The notes under the pieces are model-generated. The model was not told the DNA's origin, made no database searches, and worked only from the letters and a program-made list of their open reading frames with translations. Below, in pieces: positions 49,501 to 56,709 of a stretch of 64,000 nucleotides of DNA. Every line of letters starts with the position of its first letter. The first letter of the stretch is position 1. The DNA is from Candidatus Omnitrophota bacterium (GTDB taxonomy: Bacteria > Omnitrophota > Gorgyraeia > Aquiviventales > Aquiviventaceae), in the NCBI GenBank assembly GCA_016193175.1, contig JACPSR010000052.1, positions 11,226 to 75,225 of the forward strand, in the 5' to 3' direction. Position numbers and translations under genes: made by a program.

Positions 49501-52500
49501 CGCGTAATCATATGCGTTCCACGGTGCCTCAAGCTCCAGCTCCTCATCGCCAATCACGTTGCGATGCCCGCCCCTTCGATGCGCGCGATCCGATCGCTCC
49601 GTTCGGTTCACCCTCGCCCCGCCATTTCCCATGTTGCCCGGCGCGGCAGGGCCAAGGCGTCGCTGGGTCTCGTAGCGCTCAACAAGGAATTCGATGTCGG
49701 ATTCGTTAAAGGCCGGATCAGCGCGCGTTAGCGACTGCTTCAATGGGTTGCGGAGATCTTCCGCTGTAACCTTATGATCAACAACCTTGACGATCAGGTC
49801 GAACAGTTGCTGGGCTTCCTCGTAATCGCCCCGCATCTGGGCCAGCTGAACCAAGCGCCTCACCGCCTTCACGGTGAACGAGGGATCAGCAAAGTCAGGG
49901 AATTCCTTGGCCTCCGTAAACAGTTGAAAATACTTCTGCAAGACCATGTGCCGATGCTCGCTCGCATTGGCGCTCACGGCTGCTTGCAGCGCGGCGAGGG
50001 CCTTAGGGGTCGCGAAGTACCACTTATCAGGATGGTAGGGAAACTCGGGGAACAGCGGGTATAAGAGCTTCCTGACCGGCATGGGTCTGAGACACACATC
50101 CACGTGAAGGTGTACTCCGACCAGCTCGAATTTCTTCGCAATGGCCGATGTGAGGGTCTGGGATCTTTGGCGTCGATTCAGGTCTATCACGCCAAACTCG
50201 CTAAAGAAGTCATCTGACCACTCGTCAGGGAGGTAGAGGACAATGTCTAACTCAGGCTCTCCGTTCACGTGTCCAATACCTGGCCAGTAGATCTTCCCCT
50301 CGCGATCACGCAGGTAGGCGACGCTCCCCCCAATTTCGATGATGATGCGGTCAGGCTGAAAATCCTCGGGTGTTTTGACAAGCTGTCGCTTAATCGCTGG
50401 CCAGACTTCCCTGATGGCCTCGTCAATCAGATCGACAACGTTCACTCGTGTGTGGCGGATTGCTGAGTCAAGAGACGCGGGTGGGAGGTCGAGCAAGTGT
50501 TTATCTTTTGGCTGGTACGGCTGCTCCGCGTTGGCTTGGTCGAGGATCGCCGTGACTTGAGCGGTTTGCTTCACCGCAGGCGACTCCTCAGACGGCACCT
50601 TGGCGGCGTCGGGGTTGGGCGGCTCGTTGACGCTGATCCCATCAAGCCCCTCTGTGGCGATCTCGCGAGGAGTCGGCTCAAGGTTTCTGGACGGGGATAT
50701 CGCCGCCGATCCCTGAGCTTCCTCCTTAAGGACCTGCTGGAACTGGGCGAGCAGGGGGTCGTGAACGAGCGGATCAAGTCGCTTCACCCACGCCCTGGTC
50801 AGTGTGAGCCCGCCCTCCCATGCCATCGGCTCTGGAAGGTCCTCCTGGTGATAGCCTAACCCTGGCATGTCCTGATCATAGACGATATCCGCCAATGCCC
50901 TCGCGATGCCTGGCGATTCCACGTCTGATTGAACGTCTGGGGGCCACCGCTGTTGAATCTGCTCACTGGTGGGGCTGACGATTTGTTCAACCCCCACCCC
51001 CCGCGCATACGCTTCAAGACCCAACCGCATCTCCTTCTGCCAGTCCCTGTAGCGCGATTTGGTCGTTCCCTCCTGACGCAAGGCTCTGTAGACATCGCTT
51101 TGGATCGCGCCGATGACGAGGGTCTTGCCGCGGAGATAGAAGTGGACATACGCCAGGGCCCCAGGCACGTGTCCCCCCGGCAATGAGAGCGGCTGGGCTT
51201 CCAGCACGCGAAGCTCCTGATCATCTGGGAAGAGGGCGAGCACGCGGGCCTCAAGAGGCACTCCGTCCACGCGGGCGGTCGCGAGATACGGAACGGTCCG
51301 CAGGCGGCCTCCAAAGAGTCTGACGGTTACTCCGTTGGCTTTCAGGGTCGCTCCACCAGGTGGGGGTCGAATGGAGGCCTGAAACGTCGGGACACCAAAC
51401 AGCACATCGCCAATGACCAGTCGTTGCGCATAGGGGATCGATCCGAGATGTTGACCCAACTCGGCCATGATCCCGTATCGTTTCACCTCAGGAAGCTGCG
51501 CCAGGGCCCACGCAAGATGCCGTGGGCCGATCGCTCCCTCGCGCAGGCTTGACGAGAGCGCCTGGGCGGCGTGGGCATATTGTTCTGACTCTTCTTCGCT
51601 CAGGAACTGAGGCGCGCGCGGCACCTTCAAGGATCCTAAGATCGGCGTGACAGACTCGATCTTCGCTGCGTCGCCAAGCCGGTCGTGTGGGGGAGACGCT
51701 CGCTGGCTCACCTCGCCCGGCGCGGGCGGCTGGGCATCGGTGTCGGCGGCTGGATTTGATGCGGGCGGCGCGGCGGCGGGGGGCGTCTTTCCGTTCTCAA
51801 TCGCGGGGTGTGGCGCGGCTCCCGGCGTCCGAGTCGCGATGAGGATGCCGGAGGTCGACCGACCGATGGCGTACTCGTACGGCTGCACGTGGAACCCTCG
51901 GTCCTCGAGCATGCCTCGAATGCGGTGAAACGCGCGGACATGCCGATGGTTGACCTGCCCAAATTGTGAAAGGAAATACCCTGAGTTAATGAGCAGTTGA
52001 ATCTTCGGTCGCCGGCTTAGGAAGTCAACCGCCATCTCATTAGCACGGCGATAGTTGTTCCAAGGCCCAATGCTCACAAGGGCGCTGGTCGCCTGTTCGA
52101 GAGGCGAGGAAGGCTCCGCGAGTGCAGCGAGATCAATCGGGTCGGTCAAATCGGCGTGCCGGATCGTGAACTGGCCGCCCTGCCCCGCACCCTCACGCCA
52201 CCCGTCGGCCAGCAGCAGCGCTCGGGCCAACTCCAGGACAGGCCGCTTCTTGTCAATCAGCACCGCGTGGCGAGCGCCAAGCCGCAAGCCACCCCGAGAG
52301 TGGATCCCCGATTCCGCCCCCGCATCGACGACCGTCGCGCCTGGGAAGTAGTCCGCATACCCGAGCATGGAGGCGAATGTTCCTACGGTGTAGTCATTGA
52401 AGGGATGGTCCGTCGCGTATGAGGGCGCGACGAAGAGGAAATTGCCTGCGGTGCTGGGGTAACGATCCTTCAGGTGCGCTGCGAGGCGCGCCCGGAACTG

Positions 52501-55500
52501 CTCAATGGTCTGTCCAATTCGCCGCTGGAGCGTGGGAGGATCATGGTGAAAGCGCTTTTCATCTCCTTTTGCGCTCCGGAAGATGAGGAAGATGAACGGC
52601 CCGATCCGGTACAAAGCCGGTAGACCTGGTCCGTAGGCGCGCTCGAACCCGACGCGGTGACCGTTGATCTCAAACTCGTAATCCGTCGTTAAGGCCCCGA
52701 CGGGTGCAAAGGCATGGATCGACGATTCAGCCAAGTCCACGGCGTCATCCTCGCTGAGCCATTGCATGGCCCTCTGACCGGCCTCACCGTCATGGCGCTC
52801 CTCCGGGGCCGGGGGAACGCCGGGTGGCTGATGCACCATCGTGAACGCGGCGGTGAGGGCGGCGCCGACGGCGAGGCTGAGTCGCGCGAAGCCAGCGCGG
52901 CTGAGGAGGGGTGCAGCCTCGGCGCCGGCGAGATACGCGACCGCGGCGAGGAGGCCGGCGACGAGCCATGCCGCGCTGAGGAGGAGCAGGAGCTTGGGGA
53001 GCTTCTCCCTGAACCGGACCAGGGTTGCCTCGATCCCTGCAAAATAGCTGGGCAGGGCTTTCCCTAATTGGCTTCGATACACTTCCGCCTCTCGGCGGAT
53101 CTGCTCCGCAAGCGCGGGCTGGGTGGGTTCCGCTTGTTGGGCGAGCTGCTCGAATTGTTCCAGGGTGATGAGGATGGGGTCGCGCGTAAGTGTTCGTGGC
53201 GCTTGCCCCGCCGTCAGTTCTTGGGGAGAAGCGGGCGGCGCGCGGCCGGCCGCCCGGCGCGCGAACCAGGCGCTGAGTTGTTGAGCTCCGCGCGCTACTC
53301 GCCGGAGGACCCACAGGCCGGCAGCAACCCCGCCGAGCGCCAGGGCGTATGGCAGCAGATGAAGGGCCCGGGTCAGGGAGAACACCATGACAGGACCAAT
53401 GATTGCCGTCTCGGGCGGGAGGGTCTCCACAACCCACGTGGCCAGCGTCAGCCCGAGGGTCATCGCGAGCCCGAGCGTGCCAACCCGCAGCCAGCGCCGG
53501 CCTCTCGCGCCAGGCCCCGCGCTCGTTCCGAGGAGCGCCAGGGCCACGAGGGCGGCAAGTCCGCTCAGAACGGGGAGGGCGGCGCCAAGGCTGGCCCAAT
53601 CAACCGACGGGCCTCGAGCGAGGTCCACCACCCCCTCCGCGGAGGTGCCGGCCAGGAGCGCGCCGAGGCCCACGATCCAGGCCGCCAGCCGGCCGGAACC
53701 AGAACCCCGTACCCTTCTTCTCACGACGGTTTCAACCCGCTTCCCCTGAGCCTGAGACGCTGACTCCAGGAGGGTTTCCGCTTGCTTGACGTGCTCCACG
53801 ATGTCCTTCAGGATCTGCGTGGCCTGACGATAGTCGGTTTCCTGTTTCGGCCACTGCTCCACGCGGTGATCGATGCGATTCTGCACCGTCTCTACGTCAT
53901 GCCTGATGGCCTGAAGGGTAGCCACGAGACGTTTCTGCAAATCCTTCAGCGGCCTCTGCTCGCCCAAGGAGCGACGGATACGCTCCAGCAGACGCGCAGT
54001 CGTCTGCGTGGCCTTGCCTAACCGCTCTTCCAGGATCCGCGGCGATCCGATTTCATTCTTCGCAACCTTGAGGGGGTAGGTGCGCACGTCCTGCCAGTCT
54101 TGGAGCAACTGTCGCCAGGCGATGACAGTGTCTTCGTCAAAAACCCTCATGGATGCGGCGAAAAACACAGTCGTCTCGAGGGGACTCCATGTCGGCGTTA
54201 ACCCGGCCCACAGCGCGGCAAGCTGGGCCGCTGCCGCCAGCGCCAGGACGAGCCAGGCGATCGTGATGAGCGGGATCACGCCGTCCTCACGGGGCGAGGC
54301 ATCCTCGGCTGGCTCCTCACGTACCGGCCTGGCGAGATCGATGAGGTCGGCGTAGATCCCCTCCAGGTAGCTTCGGAATCCTTGGAGTCTCTTGGTCGCA
54401 TCTTCGGGTGTGACGAGTGACGGGTCCGCTCGCGGGTCAAGGATCAAGGCCCGAGTCACCCCCTCAAACTCGCGCGCCAGCTCGTCAAGGTGAGGGCTGG
54501 GGGCGCCGGCCTTCGACCACAAGGACAGAAAACCTTCCCTAATCTGCCGAATCAACGTGTGCGCTTCGCCGAACTCCCGACGCTGACGCTCCGTCTGCTC
54601 CACAAGCGTCTGCAGCACCAGACGGCTTCGTTGTAGCCTAAGGAGGAGGATGAATCGCCTCAGATTCGGACGGCTGAAGAGATCGGTGGTACTCGTCAGC
54701 GCCTCCTCGGTCAGCGTCCACGCTTGCTCGACATGAGCGAGCCGATCCCGCTGGTCCATCTCCTGAAGATTGCCATCCAGAAGGCGCACGGCCTCATCGA
54801 CATCCACGGCGGCCGTCTCAACGATCAGATGCACCGGATACATCCCTGACGCGCGGTTGCCATCCTGTGGCCCGGGCGGCTCGGTGGGCGTGAGATCCTT
54901 CGCCCTCAACGCGGCTCGGATCGCCCTGATCATCGCCCATGGCCGATCACTAAAGCCAAGTCGAACAAGCTCAGCCTCATCTGAGGGTATTTCGCGGATT
55001 GAGAGCAGCGGGGGGGTCTTGGCCAAAAAGGTCTCTTTGATCCACTGATCAGTCTCGGGTCTCTTTGAAAAGCGCACATTCACGATGAAGTCCGGATCTT
55101 CTTGGAACCGGATCCTGCGAGCGGCCAAGGCGCGTGTCAAGTCCTTGAACTGCGCCAAGTGCGACCAGACCGAGCGATCAGGGGACTCGGCTTGGATCAG
55201 CCGGAAGACCTCGAAATCGGTCTTGGAGAGCAACTCGAAGATCGTGTGACCTAGCAGGATGATCTCCTGATCGGTGAGGATCGGGCGCTGGCCGCCATGT
55301 GCAGAAAAGAGTGCGTTCTTAACGAAGCCATCGCGACGCCATCCTGGAAATGTCCGGTTCTCAAGAAAGTTCGGATTCTCCCGAAGCCTGATGCCGTACG
55401 TGGCCAGGGTGTGCTTCAGGTCGTAGAACCGCTTGCGATACCACCAGCCTGGAGCGACTGGGAAGTGCTCGATGAGCAGGCGGAATACCTCCAAGTCAGT

Positions 55501-56709
55501 GATGGCTTCGAGAGCTGCAACTGTGCGGACCCCTGCAGCTTCCAAGATCTCTAAGATCTCCCGCACGTCTTTCCGTTGAATCATCAGGTCGCGAAGGAGA
55601 AGGCTCGGAGCGATGAGGCGCTCCGTCTCAAGCCTCGGTAACACTTTGGCGAGTGCCTGTTGCTCAATTTGCCGGACCCGCTCGCGAGTCAGCCTGAGAC
55701 GAGCGCCGATCTGTTCAAGCGTCTGCGAGCTCAGGCGCGATTCCAAAATCGTCCGTTCACGCTCGGAGAGATCCATAAAGATTGTGGGACCAGTGCGCGC
55801 AAACTCCCGTTGAACCTGTTGCAGCAGTGGTGAAAGCCAGGCCCTTCTCGCTCGCCGCAGAACCGTGGCAAGGCCAGCGACACCGAGCGCCCCCACGAGC
55901 GGTCCAAGCCATCCCCCAAGCGCCGCGAGTTCTGCAGCCAAACCGCCACTAGGGATCTCCACCGCCGACCAGCCGAGGGCCGGGACGCCGGCCAGGGCGA
56001 GCCCGAGGAAGAGGCCGAGCTTCTGACCGCGGCGCAGGGAACGATCCGTTCTATCGGGAGTCGACGGAGCCGGTTTCGGAATCCATCCCTCGATGATCAA
56101 CAGGCCCGCGGCGAGGATCGCAGCGACCCCGCTGACGACGAGATAGGACGTCAACGGAGACGAAACCGCCTTCGTGGTCCGGAAGAGCGAGAGGAACGGC
56201 GCGAGCACGACGGCATTGAAGAGGAACAGGAAGAACACCCCGGCAGTGAATTGCGAGATGTCCACCCTCCAACCCCGCGACCTCGCCCACCAGAGGCCGA
56301 GGGACGCCAAGGCCCAGATCCCGACAATCCCAGCCGCTGTCATCCACAACGCCGCAGACAGGGCATCTGTAAGCCCCAGGAAGGGGATGAGCGCGGGGAG
56401 AACGGCAGAGCCATTCGTTTCGGTTCGCCGACGCGCATCCGTGGCGCGCTCCTGCTTGGGCCTGCGTGCCCAGACGACCATGTCATCGGATCCGTGCACG
56501 AGCTCGAAGGCCTCCGTCCATCCCTCCTGCTGACGCAGCGCCTCGCTGTCCTTCCGCCCGGCGAAGAGCACCCCTCCTACTACTCCGCCATGTTCGGACA
56601 TCAGGGCGGCGCTGAGCGTTTTCAACTGCTCCTCAGTCAGTGGCGCGGTGACCCCTTCGATCAGGATCAGGTCGGCTGACCGAAGACCTCCCAGGGTGGC
56701 ATCGCTCAT
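40504..56709 (-). CDS. Giant multi-pass membrane protein of ~5401 aa. It carries a sigma70 region-4 HTH, two alpha-CTD-like HhH repeats, a class-I SAM-MTase-like segment, an NTase-fold core, a TPR array and a PEP-synthase/RPH-like ATP-grasp plus phosphohistidine swivel module.
   Basis: Track ORF 40504..56826 (5440 aa). The likely true start is Met40 (ATG 56709..56707), whose ATG overlaps the TGA of the upstream gene (ATGA at 56706-56709). The first 39 track codons overlap the upstream gene in another frame. Domain motifs are read directly from the track translation. Confidence 0.85.
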   Translation of the reverse strand: MSDATLGGLRSADLILIEGVTAPLTEEQLKTLSAALMSEHGGVVGGVLFAGRKDSEALRQQEGWTEAFELVHGSDDMVVWARRPKQERATDARRRTETNGSAVLPALIPFLGLTDALSAALWMTAAGIVGIWALASLGLWWARSRGWRVDISQFTAGVFFLFLFNAVVLAPFLSLFRTTKAVSSPLTSYLVVSGVAAILAAGLLIIEGWIPKPAPSTPDRTDRSLRRGQKLGLFLGLALAGVPALGWSAVEIPSGGLAAELAALGGWLGPLVGALGVAGLATVLRRARRAWLSPLLQQVQREFARTGPTIFMDLSERERTILESRLSSQTLEQIGARLRLTRERVRQIEQQALAKVLPRLETERLIAPSLLLRDLMIQRKDVREILEILEAAGVRTVAALEAITDLEVFRLLIEHFPVAPGWWYRKRFYDLKHTLATYGIRLRENPNFLENRTFPGWRRDGFVKNALFSAHGGQRPILTDQEIILLGHTIFELLSKTDFEVFRLIQAESPDRSVWSHLAQFKDLTRALAARRIRFQEDPDFIVNVRFSKRPETDQWIKETFLAKTPPLLSIREIPSDEAELVRLGFSDRPWAMIRAIRAALRAKDLTPTEPPGPQDGNRASGMYPVHLIVETAAVDVDEAVRLLDGNLQEMDQRDRLAHVEQAWTLTEEALTSTTDLFSRPNLRRFILLLRLQRSRLVLQTLVEQTERQRREFGEAHTLIRQIREGFLSLWSKAGAPSPHLDELAREFEGVTRALILDPRADPSLVTPEDATKRLQGFRSYLEGIYADLIDLARPVREEPAEDASPREDGVIPLITIAWLVLALAAAAQLAALWAGLTPTWSPLETTVFFAASMRVFDEDTVIAWRQLLQDWQDVRTYPLKVAKNEIGSPRILEERLGKATQTTARLLERIRRSLGEQRPLKDLQKRLVATLQAIRHDVETVQNRIDHRVEQWPKQETDYRQATQILKDIVEHVKQAETLLESASQAQGKRVETVVRRRVRGSGSGRLAAWIVGLGALLAGTSAEGVVDLARGPSVDWASLGAALPVLSGLAALVALALLGTSAGPGARGRRWLRVGTLGLAMTLGLTLATWVVETLPPETAIIGPVMVFSLTRALHLLPYALALGGVAAGLWVLRRVARGAQQLSAWFARRAAGRAPPASPQELTAGQAPRTLTRDPILITLEQFEQLAQQAEPTQPALAEQIRREAEVYRSQLGKALPSYFAGIEATLVRFREKLPKLLLLLSAAWLVAGLLAAVAYLAGAEAAPLLSRAGFARLSLAVGAALTAAFTMVHQPPGVPPAPEERHDGEAGQRAMQWLSEDDAVDLAESSIHAFAPVGALTTDYEFEINGHRVGFERAYGPGLPALYRIGPFIFLIFRSAKGDEKRFHHDPPTLQRRIGQTIEQFRARLAAHLKDRYPSTAGNFLFVAPSYATDHPFNDYTVGTFASMLGYADYFPGATVVDAGAESGIHSRGGLRLGARHAVLIDKKRPVLELARALLLADGWREGAGQGGQFTIRHADLTDPIDLAALAEPSSPLEQATSALVSIGPWNNYRRANEMAVDFLSRRPKIQLLINSGYFLSQFGQVNHRHVRAFHRIRGMLEDRGFHVQPYEYAIGRSTSGILIATRTPGAAPHPAIENGKTPPAAAPPASNPAADTDAQPPAPGEVSQRASPPHDRLGDAAKIESVTPILGSLKVPRAPQFLSEEESEQYAHAAQALSSSLREGAIGPRHLAWALAQLPEVKRYGIMAELGQHLGSIPYAQRLVIGDVLFGVPTFQASIRPPPGGATLKANGVTVRLFGGRLRTVPYLATARVDGVPLEARVLALFPDDQELRVLEAQPLSLPGGHVPGALAYVHFYLRGKTLVIGAIQSDVYRALRQEGTTKSRYRDWQKEMRLGLEAYARGVGVEQIVSPTSEQIQQRWPPDVQSDVESPGIARALADIVYDQDMPGLGYHQEDLPEPMAWEGGLTLTRAWVKRLDPLVHDPLLAQFQQVLKEEAQGSAAISPSRNLEPTPREIATEGLDGISVNEPPNPDAAKVPSEESPAVKQTAQVTAILDQANAEQPYQPKDKHLLDLPPASLDSAIRHTRVNVVDLIDEAIREVWPAIKRQLVKTPEDFQPDRIIIEIGGSVAYLRDREGKIYWPGIGHVNGEPELDIVLYLPDEWSDDFFSEFGVIDLNRRQRSQTLTSAIAKKFELVGVHLHVDVCLRPMPVRKLLYPLFPEFPYHPDKWYFATPKALAALQAAVSANASEHRHMVLQKYFQLFTEAKEFPDFADPSFTVKAVRRLVQLAQMRGDYEEAQQLFDLIVKVVDHKVTAEDLRNPLKQSLTRADPAFNESDIEFLVERYETQRRLGPAAPGNMGNGGARVNRTERSDRAHRRGGHRNVIGDEELELEAPWNAYDYASGGTLVPDSERRRLAVIDDWKLLDQLQQRIKTLKDRSERALKPGEVNQDEAGKLRAEIEQLGAEVNGLPQELQGQAVEGDAAPKESAKIPPPPITPAPPPAPPEPPRSSQPAEPTPQAATRPGDSPPLKVGIDPTVATGDSKAQQQRKAEAHKQFQQGEGHEQAGRLEEALRLNRYEEVEESAREALVLAPDPSMIRAELLYKLADALVELGRPDEGLRLFDETIEALEALAKRTKRPAELREIQRFAAIVGITKAQTYYSLDRHNEARASIQELRRYSAILAERQPSVLAYALMLQGHLAYAEGDLQGARRLYERAHGADPHPTIDDALDVVKGRVAEQANNVEEAITRFRRVLAHGCSFLGPTLPLRDTESDVPILVAALKQAGKARVRELEKRGVSVVRGRQLLIAYHPPLGEALRALGRVYAKQPEPERQLLAFLVLEAVMRLKEVAGPSSSTIQQLFEAIRSRINPETASNRLLAAEASLRAFHLEQAGQIEAARQEYARALDVNAEDIVSRFAAGRVAYLRGRYDEAVQWLTTARDTAKRMRPGDRRLLMDISRVLGVSLLELDRPRALESLEALTEALTLLQSIRTEPLDWAAYTAFLNDPPVQEKYLLTQMAAAQLQHALDTEEPQAYEKVLELGRRARSVYGVEDRQRKEGMDRAVLRSEALALWGLKRYEPATNKMEDVVRKIEAELRAANEGLKRLAREAGSAANAPHEAELTRRRRELEQAQARALVTRGSIRLFSGQSGQLELGVSDLAQDQTKGWFTPAGTVAIKRYLAEALLRLGDLDGARREIGEALSLAQSIRPVVGWTYVDLLFLSGRLHLKKAEWNEAAQTLHQALIETLHGYGAIAQEPAPPTLAELLQMTRGLQTLTPRIVNYLVEGGEGLAVSLIKRSSSDEAELTAAVELIGWLDALDLSAEQRAQLDAVRPSLEAKLARTREQAEEDRRVHAQLVMEQRTSALGADGLARELAEALPEILKRSELDAELRQQAEAVVHQAEETGRVTPPEGWATGRAWALALVLQAETPAPKLLVERLAKAAAESHAKLSLQTIESMTRKAEAAELKGNRLEALATMISDGAVRTHLDEAVKTKSRIDEAMNAAIDELIRSLQAAQPQAAPPKEPRGRGRRTGRRGPPEEKEHYLPPELRQSPLERMFGHQDRRFHSQGPGRVETGSSKPLQPPTVMLDDAATLSVDEIGEKAKALAELRQLGIPTPDALVLTVQAAAHVRSYQQQLQEGLRQLEQRTGTKLGDAEAPLLLAVRSSADQAYPGLLTSVLFVGMTRDVLEGLKRSRGEPVAFRTYAAWLRSWAVGVLKMPAQSFDRALNKPSSPEEVANAFERIIAESGFRIPEDPHDQLVAAIEAVVQSGRADAVKNFRVIHGQTGPAPVAVILSPMLNTLDEDSGVGMFSTHDSQTGEPGLFGSFRVTASGDELVQGRSLVPVQELRSRFPAVFEQLSALRERIVQARHHVPQDIEFAFAHGRVLITQAQPQVLMPAALLPLIERQAREAGASTIDLIPTVLERLQYSSPPRKTMVGRFRDMDTAKRRVIVGDPSRLSGTDMVVGHLVFTRERALAAIRSGEPIIFVAQEGQQDLLKELLSANRLSGVILSEGVAPGTHTRQLLQYFDVPVVAFNQSYPTEIDEGALVRHVWEWGRGARVERRVPEGSLVAMDGAEKVVVAFIPEEWHALREMPAAPGFDLQALKDSVTQAYGGTDYQTVLQAHDRSLSAALTADRTWRWLRTHRPQAVEEIVTAGRNTIAHGLSAHFLYELLLEKGSQLGKSARQVGLEIVEQAKDLQRLPELRSTPYRLLTRDFRPSLNPAWGKFVIQFWGKEWDFDSRSYRSYLTPAELETHQLPPLGQAYQRFLEPIRQEAEQAKRQVQRFVEYLRASGAEVPSLRLFAEWFDHTHEDAPNTFGAYAVGVEFLPDRLQEVVQRLLDFERAKPWQGDPRTPSGDGERDHGERDRHGDRFRGAWENLPWADHHHRSAGRRGGGGGWAVGTPAPEPSKPAPAQQIELVSDPLRKVIPAGIKHLIRGTTSGRRQMTPERFLVSAEKALQRFADLPAKTKTNEVAAGLRNRLRYAARRFRTAAPYGRVQSALKQTNASVLLDDVSGNEEKATQTATSLGWLLEIFRARKAVRLRAQLHPVEGQLEALMAPYFPGVIARPATFRSAESYQETIDSLVEKFTLGGSTVQAAPILGGFLVWLLAPDLTGALAFLVGLGTTIMIAVVGGNGGTSDSPEDTHDKLPRIKFTAGSMGGGPEPITSVLVVGALAERAVERLRVDGKVDIHVSELRDGHAMAHVENLNSEDPTGSVEIDQQPVLQLHRLPDALAGLKPNVEGVSVLIKRDVHRSSSFLLNSTQPRAKKQSAVKALPLALAVAVGMILLAAVPVEAAVRHAALSLAPDWVTLSLLMVAVGLAWPWWLRRHRWGRSSSLRDGETPQLVAPVDQVNLEDWDRALDQFDDPQGSFAVVERQAFLAAARMMLQEAARRTTASSAKELQDMVLAWHDKLALMTQQRARGVYWGDIEVFFERLSRAWQRQGPSIQLAARAYRGLVKGQWLVDHNHRIAFLLMAYLLLRAGLVPPTPTPRVLYALSRLGGQPSRRVARWLRSEQPSIGERWVQDVHARLIQGRIEESRELLLELIQDLGSRSDKRGSLLVDGVSRLLQTYPELHRWIRSTLIEFLRDQKGGYRIRGWIEILLRELLAKELDARIQFVVGALADRPPETKAALAQELKAWVTDKRTFRRFLADLLSGRQFFRGRFRDMRYSSLPQQERWRALDLNLIQLLIRRGDLKPSPWLKAGGALAWAFVFLWGSQGAYGQSNLMGFDRYFQEGARLMKRTALASRDLVRGVRMLYRSEGWRVEIHGESHTFGELKGSVYAGAAWQLGHWTGDPENAVKFLALLGNGYDIERAIRKIWKDTPPTIPPSGGSFPGAPRGTLPTAKFHGPGNALMDRPQAEPSWPRPPAGRTIEDVEPGIKSNHVAERFN
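42230..42850 (-). other. C-terminal TM helix clusters of the 5401-aa protein.
   Basis: AAPILGGFLVWLLAPDLTGALAFLVGLGTTIMIAVVGGNGG (~42700-42850) and ALPLALAVAVGMILLAAVPVEAAVRHAALSLAPDWVTLSLLMVAVGLAWPWWL (~42230-42400). Confidence 0.65.
44400..44950 (-). other. PEP-utilizing-enzyme mobile (phosphohistidine swivel) domain.
   Basis: DMVVGHLVFTRERALAAIRSGEPIIFVAQEGQQDLLKELLSANRLSGVILSEGVAPGTHTRQLLQYFDVPVVAF (verified 44581-44640) parallels G.VV...........ILV...T.P.......A.GIVT..GG.TSHAAIVARE.GIP.VVG. The catalytic-His position is retained (GTHTRQ). No PEP/pyruvate TIM-barrel domain follows. Confidence 0.65.
45000..45970 (-). other. PPDK_N-type ATP-grasp domain (PEP synthase / pyruvate-phosphate dikinase / rifampin-phosphotransferase N-terminal nucleotide-binding domain).
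   Basis: KPLQPPTVMLDDAATLSVDEIGEKAKALAELRQLGIPTPDALVLTVQA (~45900-45960), LLLAVRSSADQAYPGLLTSVLFVG (compare VAVRSSATAED...SFAGQ), GVGMFSTHDSQTGEPGLFGSF, PQDIEFAFAHGRVLITQAQP (verified 45010-45070; compare PQDIEWAI..G.LYILQSRP). Confidence 0.7.
46700..49150 (-). other. Long TPR-like repeat array (about 800 aa) preceded by a Pro-rich linker.
   Basis: Linker IPPPPITPAPPPAPPEPPRSSQPAEPTPQ (~49150-49300), then repeated patterns such as LAYALMLQGHLAYAEGDLQGARRLYERA, FAAGRVAYLRGRYDEAVQWLTTA and IKRYLAEALLRLGDLDGARREIGEALSLA. Confidence 0.6.
49900..50500 (-). other. Nucleotidyltransferase-fold (Pol-beta-like NTase) core.
   Basis: Verified at 50225-50340: IEIGGSVAYLRDREGKIYWPGIGHVNGEPELDIVLYLPDE, which fits hG[GS]x9-13[DE]h[DE]h. 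A third acidic residue may lie in VHLHVDV downstream. Confidence 0.5.
51900..52480 (-). other. Class-I SAM-dependent methyltransferase-like segment (PrmA/HemK-like motif I), tentative.
   Basis: YADYFPGATVVDAGAESGIHSRGGLRLGARHAVLIDKKRPVLELARALLLADGW...FTIRHADLTD parallels G..VLDVGCGSGILAIAA.KLGA..V.GVDID..AV..A..NA..NG. Motif I was verified at 52291-52330. Confidence 0.4.
55050..55620 (-). other. Two ~90-aa repeats resembling the RNA-polymerase alpha-CTD helix-hairpin-helix fold (tentative).
   Basis: ILEILEAAGVRTVAALEAITDLEVFRLLIEHFPVAPGWWYRKRFYDLKHTLATYGIRLRENPNF and LGHTIFELLSKTDFEVFRLIQAESPDRSVWSHLAQFKDLTRALAARRIRFQEDPDF. Compare alpha-CTD LKRAGIHTVGDLV..TE.ELL...NLGKKSL.EIK..L...GL. Confidence 0.3.
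55620..55775 (-). other. Sigma-70 region 4-type HTH domain.
   Basis: Verified by reverse complement of 55681-55780: FMDLSERERTILESRLSSQTLEQIGARLRLTRERVRQIEQQALAKVLPRL, matching the region-4 signature L.ERE..IL..R.....TLEEIG..LG.SRERVRQIE..AL.KLR. Confidence 0.7.
55790..56380 (-). other. N-terminal TM helix cluster (about 6 helices) of the 5401-aa protein.
   Basis: Track translation: AVLPALIPFLGLTDALSAALWMTAAGIVGIWALASLGLWW...FTAGVFFLFLFNAVVLAPFLSLF...LVVSGVAAILAAGLLIIEGW...LGLFLGLALAGVPALGW...LGPLVGALGVAGLATVL. Confidence 0.7.

Noticed and set aside
48034-49731. + strand 565-aa ORF and other + ORFs between 40504 and 63998 (for example 45751..47235, 43387..43932, 59688..60395, 62265..62789).
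   Set aside because: They are antisense to the 5401-aa and helicase-linked genes in matching register, with the same low-complexity composition. They are shadow ORFs.
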